Made by a program: the position numbers and the translations under genes. Positions 49,725 through 59,562 of a stretch of 64,000 bases of DNA are shown here, one piece after another; position 1 is the stretch's first letter, and each line of letters opens with the position of its first letter. The DNA is from an uncultured delta proteobacterium. Its GTDB lineage: Bacteria; Myxococcota; Myxococcia; Myxococcales; Myxococcaceae. The notes under the pieces were generated by a model. The model made no database searches and was not told the origin of the DNA. It saw only the letters and a program-made list of their open reading frames with translations. The stretch is taken from positions 320,001 to 384,000 of the forward strand of contig CAVZMH010000016.1 of assembly GCA_963776345.1 (NCBI GenBank), in the 5' to 3' direction.

Positions 49725-50378
49725 ATGCGAATGAACGCCCCGGGCGCCCTCGGCGGATTCCTCCTGCTCCTGTCGTCGGTCGCCCTCGCGCAGACGGGAC
49801 CGGCTCCCACGCCGGAGTCCGCGACCCCGGGCCCGGCGCCCGCGCCGCAGTACGCGCCACCGGCCCCGGCGCCCGCACCGCAATACGCGACCCAGGCCCC
49901 GGCGCCCGCACCGCAGTACGCGCCACCGGAGGAGATCAGCCTCGTCAGGCGCTACGCCGTCGGCCCCCGCATCATCTTCGCCCCGGGCGTGTTCATCCCC
50001 TCCAACGGGAGCGCCGGCTTCGCGCTCGGCGTGGAGGGCGGCTACGGCTTCGACCTCGGCCCCGTGATCCTGACCCCCATCGTCTCGTTCCAGGGGAACT
50101 GGAGCTCGGACTGGACGGTGTACACGGGCCTGGGCGGGCTCCGGGTGACGCTGCCGCTCGGCAACTTCGGCCCGTTCGTCGAGGGAGGCGTTGGCTACGG
50201 CCACGTCGGCGGGCCGCTCGGGTACTCCTCGGGAGGGCTCGCGGTCCGGGGCGGCGCCGGGTTCATCATCTTCTTCGGCGAGAGGGTCGCCCTGGGCATC
50301 AGCGGGCGGTACGACGCCATCATCGACACGCCGTTCAAGGGCTGGACCATCGCCCCGATGCTCCTGCTGACCTTCTAG
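49725..50378 (+). CDS. Small outer-membrane beta-barrel protein with Pro-rich N-terminal repeats
   Basis: Signal peptide (..VALA-Q), alternating Gly/aromatic strands (GPFVEGGVGYG, VRGGAGF), C-terminal Phe. Confidence 0.75.
   Translation: MRMNAPGALGGFLLLLSSVALAQTGPAPTPESATPGPAPAPQYAPPAPAPAPQYATQAPAPAPQYAPPEEISLVRRYAVGPRIIFAPGVFIPSNGSAGFALGVEGGYGFDLGPVILTPIVSFQGNWSSDWTVYTGLGGLRVTLPLGNFGPFVEGGVGYGHVGGPLGYSSGGLAVRGGAGFIIFFGERVALGISGRYDAIIDTPFKGWTIAPMLLLTF
49833..49928 (+). repeat. Intragenic 33-bp tandem repeat, about 3 copies (PAPAPQYAxxA)
   Basis: PAPAPQYAPPA-PAPAPQYATQA-PAPAPQYAPP. Confidence 0.85.
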
Positions 50379-50453
50379 TCCCCGGGTCCAGGACCCCGGC
50401 CAAACTTTCGACACCGTCGGGAGAGGAACACTGGTAATCTGCCCGGCTTCTTC

Positions 50454-50483
50454 GGCGGTCCGGGATGCTTGGACCGCCTTTTT
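50454..50483 (+). terminator. Intrinsic terminator between the OMP and methyltransferase genes
   Basis: ggcggtcc (50454-50461) / ggaccgcc (50471-50478) followed by T5. Confidence 0.7.
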
Positions 50484-50509
50484 CCACCCTCTTCGACTCA
50501 GGATCCTCC

Positions 50510-51649
50510 ATGCAGACAGCCCTGCAGCCCACCGGGGCCGCATCGACCATCGACCTCGCCACGCCCTCGGGGAAGAAGCTCCCGATGTCCACCTTCGTGG
50601 AGAAGTACGTCACCGGCGAGATCAAGGTCAGTGGTGATCTGCAGGCGTTCTTCCGCCGCAAGGAGGACGTCCTCAACTACCGGCTGACCTGGGAGCAGAT
50701 AAAGTTCCTGGTCGGCGGCTTCATCCCCTCGGTGCTGATCCACACCCCCGCCGCGGACCGGAAGACGGTCACCGGCCACTACGACCGGGGGAACGACTTC
50801 TTCAACGCCTTCCTCGGCGACATCATGGTCTACACCTCGGCGTTCTTCGAGAGCCCGGCGGACACGCTCGAGGATGCCCAGCGCCGGAAGCTCGAGGTGG
50901 TGGCGCAGAAGATCCAGCTCAAGCCCGGCGAGCGCCTGCTCGACATCGGTTGCGGTTGGGGCACCCTGGTCGCGCACATGGCCGAGCACCACGGCGCGGA
51001 CGCTACCGGCGTCACCCTCGCCGCGCGCCAGGCCGAGTTCGGCACCGAGCGCATCGCCCAGAAGGGCCTCCAGCAGAACGCCCGGATCCTGACGATGGAC
51101 TACCGGAGCATCCCCGCCGAGAAGTGGAACAAGATCACCGTGCTGGAGATGGCCGAGCACGTGGGCATCCGGAAGTTCCAGAAGTTCATGCGTCAGCTGA
51201 ACTCGATGCTGGAGGAGGACGGCATCCTCTTCCTCCAGATCGCCGGGCTCCGCCGGAACTGGACGCCCGAGGACTTCACCTGGGGCATGTTCATGTCGAA
51301 GTACGTGTTCCCCGGGGCCGACGCCTCGATGCCGCTGAGCTTCGTCTGCAACAACCTCGAGAGGGCCGGCTTCGAGATCCACAGCGTGGAGAACATCGGG
51401 ATCCACTACTCGGTGACCATCGACCGCTGGTACCGGAACTGGCTCAAGAACAAGGACGCGGTGGTGAAGGGCTACGGCGAGCGGTGGTTCCGGCTGTGGG
51501 AGATCTTCCTCGCCTGGTCGGTGATCGTCGCCGAGCGCGGCGGCTCCACCGCCTTCCAGCTGGTCTGCAACAAGAACAAGTCGTCCTTCGACCGCAAGCG
51601 CTGGATCGGCGAGCGCGGCCGGCTGGTCGACCTCCCCACCAAGAGCTGA
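50510..51649 (+). CDS. CFA-synthase-family SAM methyltransferase, sphingolipid C9-methyltransferase-like
   Basis: HYDRGNDFF, MVYTSAFF, LDIGCGWG, LEMAEHVG, LQIAGLR, WGMFMSKYVFPGADASMPL. Confidence 0.88.
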   Translation: MQTALQPTGAASTIDLATPSGKKLPMSTFVEKYVTGEIKVSGDLQAFFRRKEDVLNYRLTWEQIKFLVGGFIPSVLIHTPAADRKTVTGHYDRGNDFFNAFLGDIMVYTSAFFESPADTLEDAQRRKLEVVAQKIQLKPGERLLDIGCGWGTLVAHMAEHHGADATGVTLAARQAEFGTERIAQKGLQQNARILTMDYRSIPAEKWNKITVLEMAEHVGIRKFQKFMRQLNSMLEEDGILFLQIAGLRRNWTPEDFTWGMFMSKYVFPGADASMPLSFVCNNLERAGFEIHSVENIGIHYSVTIDRWYRNWLKNKDAVVKGYGERWFRLWEIFLAWSVIVAERGGSTAFQLVCNKNKSSFDRKRWIGERGRLVDLPTKS

Positions 51650-51677
51650 GGACGCTTCGGCCAACGCCGAAGCATCC
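51650..51677 (+). terminator. Hairpin directly after the methyltransferase stop
   Basis: ggacgcttcggc-caac-gccgaagcatcc stem-loop, no U-tract. Confidence 0.45.
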
Positions 51678-51706
51678 ACCGGGCTCCGGGGCTACGCTCC
51701 GGGGCC

Positions 51707-52405
51707 ATGGATGACCTCCGCCCGGCGAGCCGCCTGGACATCGCCGCCGCGGCCGCGCTCCTGTCGGAGCCAGCGCGAGTCTCGATCGTCTCCGCGCTGA
51801 TGGACGGCCAGGCGCGGCCGGCCACCGAGTTGGCCCGGATCGCCGGCGTCTCGCCCTCGACGGGAAGCGAGCACCTCTCGCTGCTGACCCGGGGGGGACT
51901 GCTCCGGGTCGAGCAGCATGGGCGCCACCGGTACCACCGGCTGGCCAGCGACGCGGTGGCGCGGGCGTTCGAGAGCCTCGCCCTCCTCACCCGGCGACCG
52001 GTCCGTGCCGCGAGCGAGGATCCGGACGACGCGGCGTTCCGGCGGGCACGGACCTGTTACCGCCACCTGGCCGGTGAGCTCGGGGTGGGCCTCGTCGATG
52101 CCTTGATGAAGCGACGGCTCCTGCGGCGCGAGGCAACGCGGTTTCTCCTCACCCCCGCGGGACAGCGCGCCGGCGTCTCGCTCGGTCTGCTCGAGGCCGC
52201 CGACGGGCCGCTGGACGGGCGTGCGTGCCTCGACTGGACCGAGCGACGTGACCACCTGGCCGGTCCGCTCGGCGTGAGCCTTGCCAAGGGGCTGCTCGAG
52301 ATCGGCTGGGTCCGACGAAAGCCCGGAACCCGCGTGCTCCGCATCACCGTCAGTGGAGCGCAGGGGCTCCGGGACGCGCTCGGGTTGAGCATCGAGGCGG
52401 GGTGA
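51707..52405 (+). CDS. ArsR-family winged-helix regulator (RARTCYxHLAG / CLDWTERR type)
   Basis: AALLSEPARVSIVSALMDG..ATELARIAGVSPSTGSEHL, GRHRY, CLDWTERRDHLAG. Confidence 0.88.
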   Translation: MDDLRPASRLDIAAAAALLSEPARVSIVSALMDGQARPATELARIAGVSPSTGSEHLSLLTRGGLLRVEQHGRHRYHRLASDAVARAFESLALLTRRPVRAASEDPDDAAFRRARTCYRHLAGELGVGLVDALMKRRLLRREATRFLLTPAGQRAGVSLGLLEAADGPLDGRACLDWTERRDHLAGPLGVSLAKGLLEIGWVRRKPGTRVLRITVSGAQGLRDALGLSIEAG

Positions 52406-52450
52406 CGGGAGCCCACTGCCCGGGACGCCCCGGCGAACCTCCGACCGCTC

Positions 52451-52888
52451 CTAGCGCTTCGACGGGTACGGGGTGACTTCCGTCTCCCGGAAGAAGTACG
52501 CGATCTCGATCTTTGCGTTCTCCGGGCTGTCGGAGCCGTGCACCGTGTTCTTCTCCACGTCGGTGGCGAAGTCCTTGCGGATGGTGCCTGGCGCCGCGTT
52601 GGCCGGGTTCGTGGCGCCCATGACCTCGCGATTGCGAGCGATGGCGTTCTCACCCTCGAGCACCATCAGCACCACCGGACCCGAGGTCATGAAGGACACG
52701 AGATCTTTGAAGAAGGGCCGGGCCTTGTGGACCGCGTAGAACCCCTCGGCCTCCCGCTGGGAGAGGTGCTGCATCCGCACCGCGACGGGCTTGAGCCCCT
52801 TGTCCTCGAAGCGGGTGATGATCTTCCCGATGATGCCCTTCTCCAGTCCGTCGGGCTTGATGATGGAGAGGGTGCGCTCAGTGGCCAT
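52451..52888 (-). CDS. ndk: Nucleoside diphosphate kinase
   Basis: [34 protein letters not shown]. Confidence 0.97.
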   Translation of the reverse strand: MATERTLSIIKPDGLEKGIIGKIITRFEDKGLKPVAVRMQHLSQREAEGFYAVHKARPFFKDLVSFMTSGPVVLMVLEGENAIARNREVMGATNPANAAPGTIRKDFATDVEKNTVHGSDSPENAKIEIAYFFRETEVTPYPSKR

Positions 52889-52909
52889 GTCTTTTCCGTT
52901 CCTTCTCGG

Positions 52910-53800
52910 TCAGCGAGTGCGTCCGCGCTTCAGCGCGGCCTGCAGGGTGGTGCCGAGCTCGGCGGGCGACGGCGCCATCAGCACGCCGGCCGCCTCCATC
53001 GCCTTGATCTTCTCCGCCGCGGTTCCCTTGCCCCCGGCGATGATCGCCCCGGCGTGCCCCATCCGCTTGCCGGGCGGGGCCGAGACCCCGGCGATGAACC
53101 CGGCGATCGGCTTCTTGAACTCCCGGGCGATGTACTGGGCCGCGGTCTCCTCGGCGCTCCCGCCGATCTCGCCGATCATGATCACCGCGTCGGTCTCCGG
53201 GTCGGCGTTGAACAGCCGGAGGCAGTCCACGAAGTCGGTGCCGTTGACCGGGTCCCCACCGATGCCCACCGCGGTCGACTGCCCGAGCCCGAGCTGGGTG
53301 AGCTGGAACACCGCCTCGTAGGTCAGCGTCCCCGAGCGGGAGACCACGCCGATGCGGCCCGGCTTGTGGATGTGCCCGGGCATGATGCCGATCTTGCACT
53401 TCGCGCCGGGGGTGATGACGCCCGGACAGTTGGGGCCCACCAGCCGCACCGGCCGACCCTGCAGCGCCCGCTTCACCTTCACCATGTCCATCACCGGGAT
53501 GCCCTCGGTGATGACGATGATCAGCGGCACCCCGGCGTCGGCCGCCTCGAGGATGGCGTCCCCGGCGAACGGCGGCGGCACGAAGACCACGCTGACGTTG
53601 GCCCCGGTGTGCTTCACCGCGTCGGCAACGGTGTTGAAGATCGGGACCCGGTCCTGGAACTCGGTCCCGCCCTTGCCCGGGGTGACCCCGGCGACGAGCT
53701 GGGTGCCGTAGTCCAGCATCTGGCCGGCGTGGAACGAGCCGGCGGAGCCGGTGATGCCCTGCATCAGCACCCGGGTGTTCTGGTCGATGAGGATGCTCAT
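52910..53800 (-). CDS. sucD: Succinyl-CoA synthetase alpha subunit
   Basis: [36 protein letters not shown]. Confidence 0.97.
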   Translation of the reverse strand: MSILIDQNTRVLMQGITGSAGSFHAGQMLDYGTQLVAGVTPGKGGTEFQDRVPIFNTVADAVKHTGANVSVVFVPPPFAGDAILEAADAGVPLIIVITEGIPVMDMVKVKRALQGRPVRLVGPNCPGVITPGAKCKIGIMPGHIHKPGRIGVVSRSGTLTYEAVFQLTQLGLGQSTAVGIGGDPVNGTDFVDCLRLFNADPETDAVIMIGEIGGSAEETAAQYIAREFKKPIAGFIAGVSAPPGKRMGHAGAIIAGGKGTAAEKIKAMEAAGVLMAPSPAELGTTLQAALKRGRTR

Positions 53801-54972
53801 GACACCTTCTCGCCCCGGGCCGCGGCCACGGCCTTCTCCGCCGCCTGGCGAAGATTGTCCGCGGGGATGATGGCCAGGCCGGAGTGGCGGAGGATCTCCT
53901 TGCCCTGCTCCACGTTGGTGCCCTCGAGCCGGACGACCAGCGGGATCTTCAGCTGGACCTCCCGGGCGGCGGCGACCACCCCCTCGGCGATGACGTCGCA
54001 CTTCATGATCCCGCCGAAGATGTTGATCAGCACCGCCTTCACCGCCGGGGAGCTGAGGATCAGCTTGAAGGCCTCGGTGACCTTCTCCTTGCTCGCCCCG
54101 CCTCCGACGTCGAGGAAGTTCGCCGGCTGGCCGCCCACCAGCTTGATGGTGTCCATGGTGGCCATCGCCAGGCCGGCGCCGTTCACCATGCAGCCGATGT
54201 TGCCGTCGAGCGAGATGTAGGCCAGGTCGAACTCCTTGGCCTGGGCCTCGATCGGGTCCTCCTCGGCGACGTCGCGGTACCCCACCAGGTCCTTGTGCCG
54301 GTAGAGCGCGTTGTCGTCGAAGTTCAGCTTGGCGTCGAGCGCCACCACCGAGCCGTCCTTGAGCAGCACCAGGGGATTGACCTCGGCCAGCGAGGCGTCG
54401 GTCTCGAGGTAGCAGCGGTAGAGCGCGCGGGCGAAGACGACGAACTTGCCGATGCTCTCGCCCTTCAGCCCCAGCCCGAAGGCCAGCTTCCGGGCCTGGA
54501 AGTCGGCCAGGCCGACCACCGGGTCGATCGACTCGAGGAGGATCGCTTCTGGCCTCTTGGCGGCGACCTCCTCGATCTCCACCCCGCCCTCGCTGGAGGC
54601 CATGAGCGACAGGCGCGAGGTGGCCCGGTCGAGCGTCATGCCCAGGTAGAACTCCCGCTCGATGGGGAGGCCCTCCTCCACGTAGACCTTGTGGACCTTC
54701 TGCCCCTCGGGGCCGGTCTGGTGGGTCTTCAGCATCATCCCCAGCATCTGGGAGGCGAGCGCCTTCGCCTCGGCGGGGCTCTTGGCGAGCTTCACGCCTC
54801 CGCCCTTGCCCCGCCCGCCGGCGTGGATCTGCGCCTTGACCACCACCACCGGCGTGCCGAGCGACGTCGCCGCCTTCTCGGCCTCCTCCGGAGTCGTGGC
54901 CAGGACGCCACGCGGGGTGGGCACCCCGTACTTCCGGAACAGCTCCTTGCCCTGATACTCGTGGATCTTCAT
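53797..54972 (-). CDS. sucC: Succinyl-CoA synthetase beta subunit
   Basis: [44 protein letters not shown]. Confidence 0.97.
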   Translation of the reverse strand: MKIHEYQGKELFRKYGVPTPRGVLATTPEEAEKAATSLGTPVVVVKAQIHAGGRGKGGGVKLAKSPAEAKALASQMLGMMLKTHQTGPEGQKVHKVYVEEGLPIEREFYLGMTLDRATSRLSLMASSEGGVEIEEVAAKRPEAILLESIDPVVGLADFQARKLAFGLGLKGESIGKFVVFARALYRCYLETDASLAEVNPLVLLKDGSVVALDAKLNFDDNALYRHKDLVGYRDVAEEDPIEAQAKEFDLAYISLDGNIGCMVNGAGLAMATMDTIKLVGGQPANFLDVGGGASKEKVTEAFKLILSSPAVKAVLINIFGGIMKCDVIAEGVVAAAREVQLKIPLVVRLEGTNVEQGKEILRHSGLAIIPADNLRQAAEKAVAAARGEKVS

Positions 54973-55120
54973 GGGATGTGCCCCGGGGGGGGGCGGGCAT
55001 GTCTCACGCAGAAACCGGGGCGAGGCAAGAGGGAAACGCATCGCGGCACCCGGCGGCGACCTCCGGCCGGACGTCTTCGGCGGAGTATCTCCTCGTGCCA
55101 GCGGGGACTAGCCTCGGCCG

Positions 55121-56808
55121 GTGCCCAGCCGGTCCGACGGCGCCTCCGGCTCCTGGGCCCTCGAGCGGACCGTGGCCATCCTGCTCGGCCTGGGGGCAGC
55201 CCTGAGGCTCTGGCAGTACGCGGGCAATCCCACCCTGTGGATGGACGAGCTCGCCCTGGGGAACAACCTCCTCACCCGGCCACTCGGCCTCCTTCTCGGT
55301 ACACCTCTCGCAGACGGTCAGGTCGCGCCGCCGGGTTTTCTCATCGTCTCGCGGGCCGTGGTCGTCGCGTTCGGCTCGAGCGAGTACGCGCTGCGACTCT
55401 TTCCCCTGCTCTGCTCGCTGGCGTCGCTGCCGCTCTTCGCCCGGCTGGCGACCCGCTTGCTGCGACCGCCCGCCGCACTCCTGGCCATCGCCCTCTTCGC
55501 GCTCAGCCCCGGGATCGCGATCTATGCGGCCGAGGGCAAGCAGTACGCGACCGACGTCCTGGTGACGCTCGCGCTGACCGAGCTCACGCTGTGGTGGCTG
55601 GCGGCGCCCGGCGCTCGGCGCTCGGTCGCGCTCGCAGTCGGCGGCGTGGTGGGCGTCTTCCTCTCGCAGCCAGCCGTGTTCCTCCTTGCCGGGCTCGGGG
55701 CGGCCCTGGTGGTGGGCACCCCCCGCGGTGACCGGCGAAAGCCCCTCGCTCCGATGGCGTTCTGGGTAACGGGCGCCGTGCTGTCCGTGGTCCATGCTCG
55801 CTCACGAATGTCGAGCGGGCTGATGAACTACATGCACTGGTTCTGGCAAGAGGGCTTCCTGCCCTGGCCGGTGACGAGCCTCGAGGATGCCCTGTGGCCG
55901 CTCCGGACCCTCGCAGGACTGTTCGGGCTCGGGCTCGGCTACCCCTGGCCCTGGGCCTACCTCACCCTAGTGGCCTGCGGGCTCGTCAGCCTCTTCCGCC
56001 GCGCCCGGCGCGTGGCCCTGCTGCTGGCCGGCCCGATCGCTGTCACCCTGCTGGCGGCCGTGGCGCAGGTCTACCCCTTCCAGCTGCGGCTGGTGCTGTT
56101 CCTCGTCCCGGGGTTCGTCCTCCTCGTCGCCGAGGGCGCGGGACTCATCGCGGAGCGGGCCGGGCAGATGGTCGAGCGCGCTCCTGGCCGGGCCGTGCCG
56201 GGCGGCTGCTCCTGCCGGCCGTGGCGGCGCCGGTTGCGGTGTCCCTCGTCCGGAACCCGCCGGTCTGGCACCTGGACGAGATGCGTCCGGTGTTCGCCGA
56301 GCTGCAGCGGCGACGTCAGCCGGAGGACGCGGTCTACGCGTATTACCCGTCGTGGCAGGCCGTCCGTTACTACGGCCCGCGCTACGGACTCGGCTTCGAG
56401 GCGGTGGAGATCGGCGCCTGTCACCCCAGGGACCTCCACGACTACCTCCGCGAGCTCGACCGGTACCGCGGGCGCCGGGTCTGGATTCTGTTTGCCTCCT
56501 CGGCGCGTCGCCTCGGCGAGAGACAGGCGATGACCGCCTACCTCGATGCGATCGGCGTGCGACGGGACGCCATCGAGGGGCCGCCCACGAACCGTCCTGG
56601 CGCCATCAGCGCGCGCGAGCGGATCGAATCTCGATTCCGCACGGGGGCGTACCTCTACGACCTGACCGACCCTTCGCGCCTCGCCTCCACGACGGCGGAC
56701 CGGCCGTCGCTTCCCCCCGCGGTTCAGATGCCGGGCGGGCCGCGCTGCGTCTACGGGCCGGTCATCCCTCAGGTTCCGACGGTCGCGGCCGCGCGAGCAG
56801 CCCCCTGA
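55121..56808 (+). CDS. GT-C superfamily (ArnT/PMT-like) membrane glycosyltransferase; frameshift near 56200
   Basis: LWMDE, APPGF, FGSSEYALRL, YAAEGKQYATD, YPFQLRLVLFL, then a periplasmic C-terminal domain in the second frame. Confidence 0.75.
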
Positions 56809-56827
56809 GGTCTCCGAGTCCGAAGCG

Positions 56828-57658
56828 CTACGCTGGCCCGCCGGCGGCCTCGCTCTCCTCGTCCTTGAGGAAGAGGTCCTTGATCACCAGCCTGGTCACG
56901 TCCCGGTTCATCGCCGCGATGGAGGTGGTGAGCGGGATCTCCTTGGGGCAGACCTGGACGCAGTTCTGCGCCTTCCCGCAATCCTGGATGCCGCCCGGAC
57001 CCATGAGCCCGCGGAGCCGCTCGTCGGCGTGCATCTCGCCCGTCGGGTGCATGTTGAAGAGGCGCGCCTGGCTGATGGGGGCGGCGCCCATGAAGTCGTT
57101 GTCCTGGGTGATCTGAGGGCAGGCCTCGAGGCAGCTCCCGCAGGTCATGCAGGTGGAGAGCACGTAGCGCTGGGCCTGGTCGCTCTGGCTCTGCCGGGGG
57201 CCGGGGCCGAGGTTGTGCGTGCCGTCCAGCTCGATCCAGGCCTTCACCGTCTTCAGCGACTCGAACATCCGGTTCCGGTCGACGGCCAGGTCCCGCACCA
57301 TCGGGAACTTGCGCATCGGCTCGAGGGTGATGGGCCACTCGAGCTTGTCCACCAGCGCCGAGCAGGCCATCCGGACCCGCCCGTTGATGTTCATCGCGCA
57401 GCTGCCGCAGACCTCCTCGAGGCAGGAAGCGTCCCAGGTCACCGGGGTGGTCGTCTTGCCGGCGGCGTTCACCGGGTTCCGCTGGATCTCCATGAGGCAG
57501 GAGACGACGTTGGCGCCCTTCCGGTAGGGGACCCGGAACTCCTCGAAGCCGCCGGGCTTGCCGGCGCTCTCCTGCCGCCAGATGCGGAAGGTGATCCACT
57601 TCGCTCCGGCCCCGGCCTGGCTCCCGGTGGTCGATCCAACCTGCGTGGCTTCGTCCAT
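56828..57658 (-). CDS. sdhB: Succinate dehydrogenase iron-sulfur subunit (Bacillus-type)
   Basis: SCLEEVCGSC, CMTCGSCLEACP, CGKAQNCVQVCPK. Confidence 0.95.
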   Translation of the reverse strand: MDEATQVGSTTGSQAGAGAKWITFRIWRQESAGKPGGFEEFRVPYRKGANVVSCLMEIQRNPVNAAGKTTTPVTWDASCLEEVCGSCAMNINGRVRMACSALVDKLEWPITLEPMRKFPMVRDLAVDRNRMFESLKTVKAWIELDGTHNLGPGPRQSQSDQAQRYVLSTCMTCGSCLEACPQITQDNDFMGAAPISQARLFNMHPTGEMHADERLRGLMGPGGIQDCGKAQNCVQVCPKEIPLTTSIAAMNRDVTRLVIKDLFLKDEESEAAGGPA

Positions 57659-57674
57659 GGCGTCGTTCGCTTCC

Positions 57675-59546
57675 TCAGGCGTACCAGCGCGGCTCGGGGT
57701 CGAGCACGGGGGTGGGGATGGGCTCGTAGGTGATCTCCGACCCCTGCGGCGTCCACCGGGCGATGGTGGTCTTGGCCCACTTCTGGTGGCGCTCCTTCCA
57801 CAGGCGCATCCAGTCGGGGTCCTGGTTCGGGTCCCTGGTCTTGGGCTCGGGGAGCTGGAACTCGGGCTTGTAGTGCGCCCCGCGCGACTCGTCGCGGAGC
57901 AGCGCGCTCTTGGTGATCACCTCGCCCAGGGCGAACATGTTCCAGAGCTGGTTCACGTAGCTCAGGGGCCGGTTGCTGCTGTGCCCGTGGTCGAGCACGT
58001 TCAGCCGCTTCCACCGGTCCTTCAGCTCGTCGATCTTCTCCAGCGTCTTCCGGAGCCGGTCGTTGCGGCGGACCACGGTGACGTTCTCGGTCATCACCTC
58101 GCCGAGCTCCTTGGCCAGCACGTAGGGATTCTCGGTCCCGTTCATCTTGTCGATGCCGGCGAAGCGCTCGGCCCACTGCTTCTTCGCATCCTCGAACACC
58201 CGCTCCGGCACGGCGGTGGAGCTCCTGGTGTTGTTCTTCGCGTAGCTGACCATCGCCGGCCCGCCGATGATCCCGCCGTAGATGCAGGAGAGCAGCGAGT
58301 TGGCGCCCAGCCGGTTCCCGCCGTGGTACGCGTAGTCCGCCTCGCCCGACGCGTAGAGGCCGGGGATGTTGGTGGCCTGGTTCCTGGGGCTATTCGCGAG
58401 CGGCTCGAGGTTGGGCCCGGGCTCGAAGGTCACGTACAGGCCGCCCATCGAGTAGTGCATCCCGGGGAAGATGACCATCGGATGGCGGCGCGGGTCGTCG
58501 CCCACGAACTTCTCGTAGATCTCCATCACGCCCTTGATCTTCGCGTCGAGCGTGGAGGCCGGGATGTGGGTGACGTCGAGGTACACGCCGTCGCGCCCGC
58601 CGATGCCCATGCCGAGCTCGCGGCAGACGTGGAAGATCTCCCGGGTGGCCACGTCGCGGGGGACCAGGTTTCCGTACTTGGGGTACTTCTCCTCGAGGAA
58701 GTACCAGCGCTCCTCCTCGGGGATGCGGAGCGGCTCGCGGGTGTCACCCTTCTTCTTCGAAACCCAGACCCGGCCGCCCTCGCCGCGAACCGACTCGGAC
58801 ATGAGGCGCAGCTTGTCCTCGCCGGGGATGGACGTCGGGTGCACCTGGATGAACTCGCCGTTGGCGTAGATCGCGCCCTCGAGGTACGCGCGGCCGGCGG
58901 CGGTGCCGGTGTTGATGAGCGAGTTGGTCGAGCGGCCGAAGACGATGCCCGGGCCGCCGGTGGCCAGCATCACCGCCTCGGCGGGGAGCGCGCGGATCTC
59001 CATCGTCCGCAGGTCCATCGCCACGCTGCCCACCACCCGGCCCGACTCGTCCTTCACCGTGCCCAGCCACTCCCAGTACTCGTACTTGGCCACCAGGCCC
59101 TCGGCCTCGAACCGGCGGACCTGCTCGTCGAGCGCGTAGAGCAGCTGCTGCCCGGTGGTGGCCCCGGCGAAGGCGGTGCGGTGGTGAAGGGTGCCGCCGA
59201 AGCGCCGGAAGTCGAGGAGCCCCTCGGCGGTCCGGTTGAACGGCACGCCCATCCGGTCGAGCAGGTAGATGATGCCCGGCGCCGCGTAGCACATGCCGCG
59301 CACGCTGGTCTGCTCGGCCAGGAAGTCGCCGCCGCGGAGCGTGTCCTTGACGTGGATGTCGGGGTGGTCGCCCTCGCCCTTGGTGTTCACCGCGCCGTTG
59401 ATGCCGCCCTGGGCGCAGACCGAGTGCGAGCGCTTGACCGGGACGATGGACAGGAGGTCCACCTTGTGACCGGCCTCGCAGAGCTTGATGACGGTCATCA
59501 GCCCCGCCAGCCCGCCTCCCACCACCGTGAATCGAGGTTCCGACAT
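57675..59546 (-). CDS. sdhA: Succinate dehydrogenase flavoprotein subunit (Bacillus-type)
   Basis: VVGGGLAGL, RSHSVCAQGGIN, QVHPT, HYSMGGL, HGGNRLGANSLL, ESRGAH. Confidence 0.96.
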   Translation of the reverse strand: MSEPRFTVVGGGLAGLMTVIKLCEAGHKVDLLSIVPVKRSHSVCAQGGINGAVNTKGEGDHPDIHVKDTLRGGDFLAEQTSVRGMCYAAPGIIYLLDRMGVPFNRTAEGLLDFRRFGGTLHHRTAFAGATTGQQLLYALDEQVRRFEAEGLVAKYEYWEWLGTVKDESGRVVGSVAMDLRTMEIRALPAEAVMLATGGPGIVFGRSTNSLINTGTAAGRAYLEGAIYANGEFIQVHPTSIPGEDKLRLMSESVRGEGGRVWVSKKKGDTREPLRIPEEERWYFLEEKYPKYGNLVPRDVATREIFHVCRELGMGIGGRDGVYLDVTHIPASTLDAKIKGVMEIYEKFVGDDPRRHPMVIFPGMHYSMGGLYVTFEPGPNLEPLANSPRNQATNIPGLYASGEADYAYHGGNRLGANSLLSCIYGGIIGGPAMVSYAKNNTRSSTAVPERVFEDAKKQWAERFAGIDKMNGTENPYVLAKELGEVMTENVTVVRRNDRLRKTLEKIDELKDRWKRLNVLDHGHSSNRPLSYVNQLWNMFALGEVITKSALLRDESRGAHYKPEFQLPEPKTRDPNQDPDWMRLWKERHQKWAKTTIARWTPQGSEITYEPIPTPVLDPEPRWYA

Positions 59547-59562
59547 GAGACGTGCTCCCTGA

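Noticed and set aside
49833..49928. CRISPR-like repeats
   Set aside because: In-frame 33-bp coding repeats without spacers; no cas genes in the window
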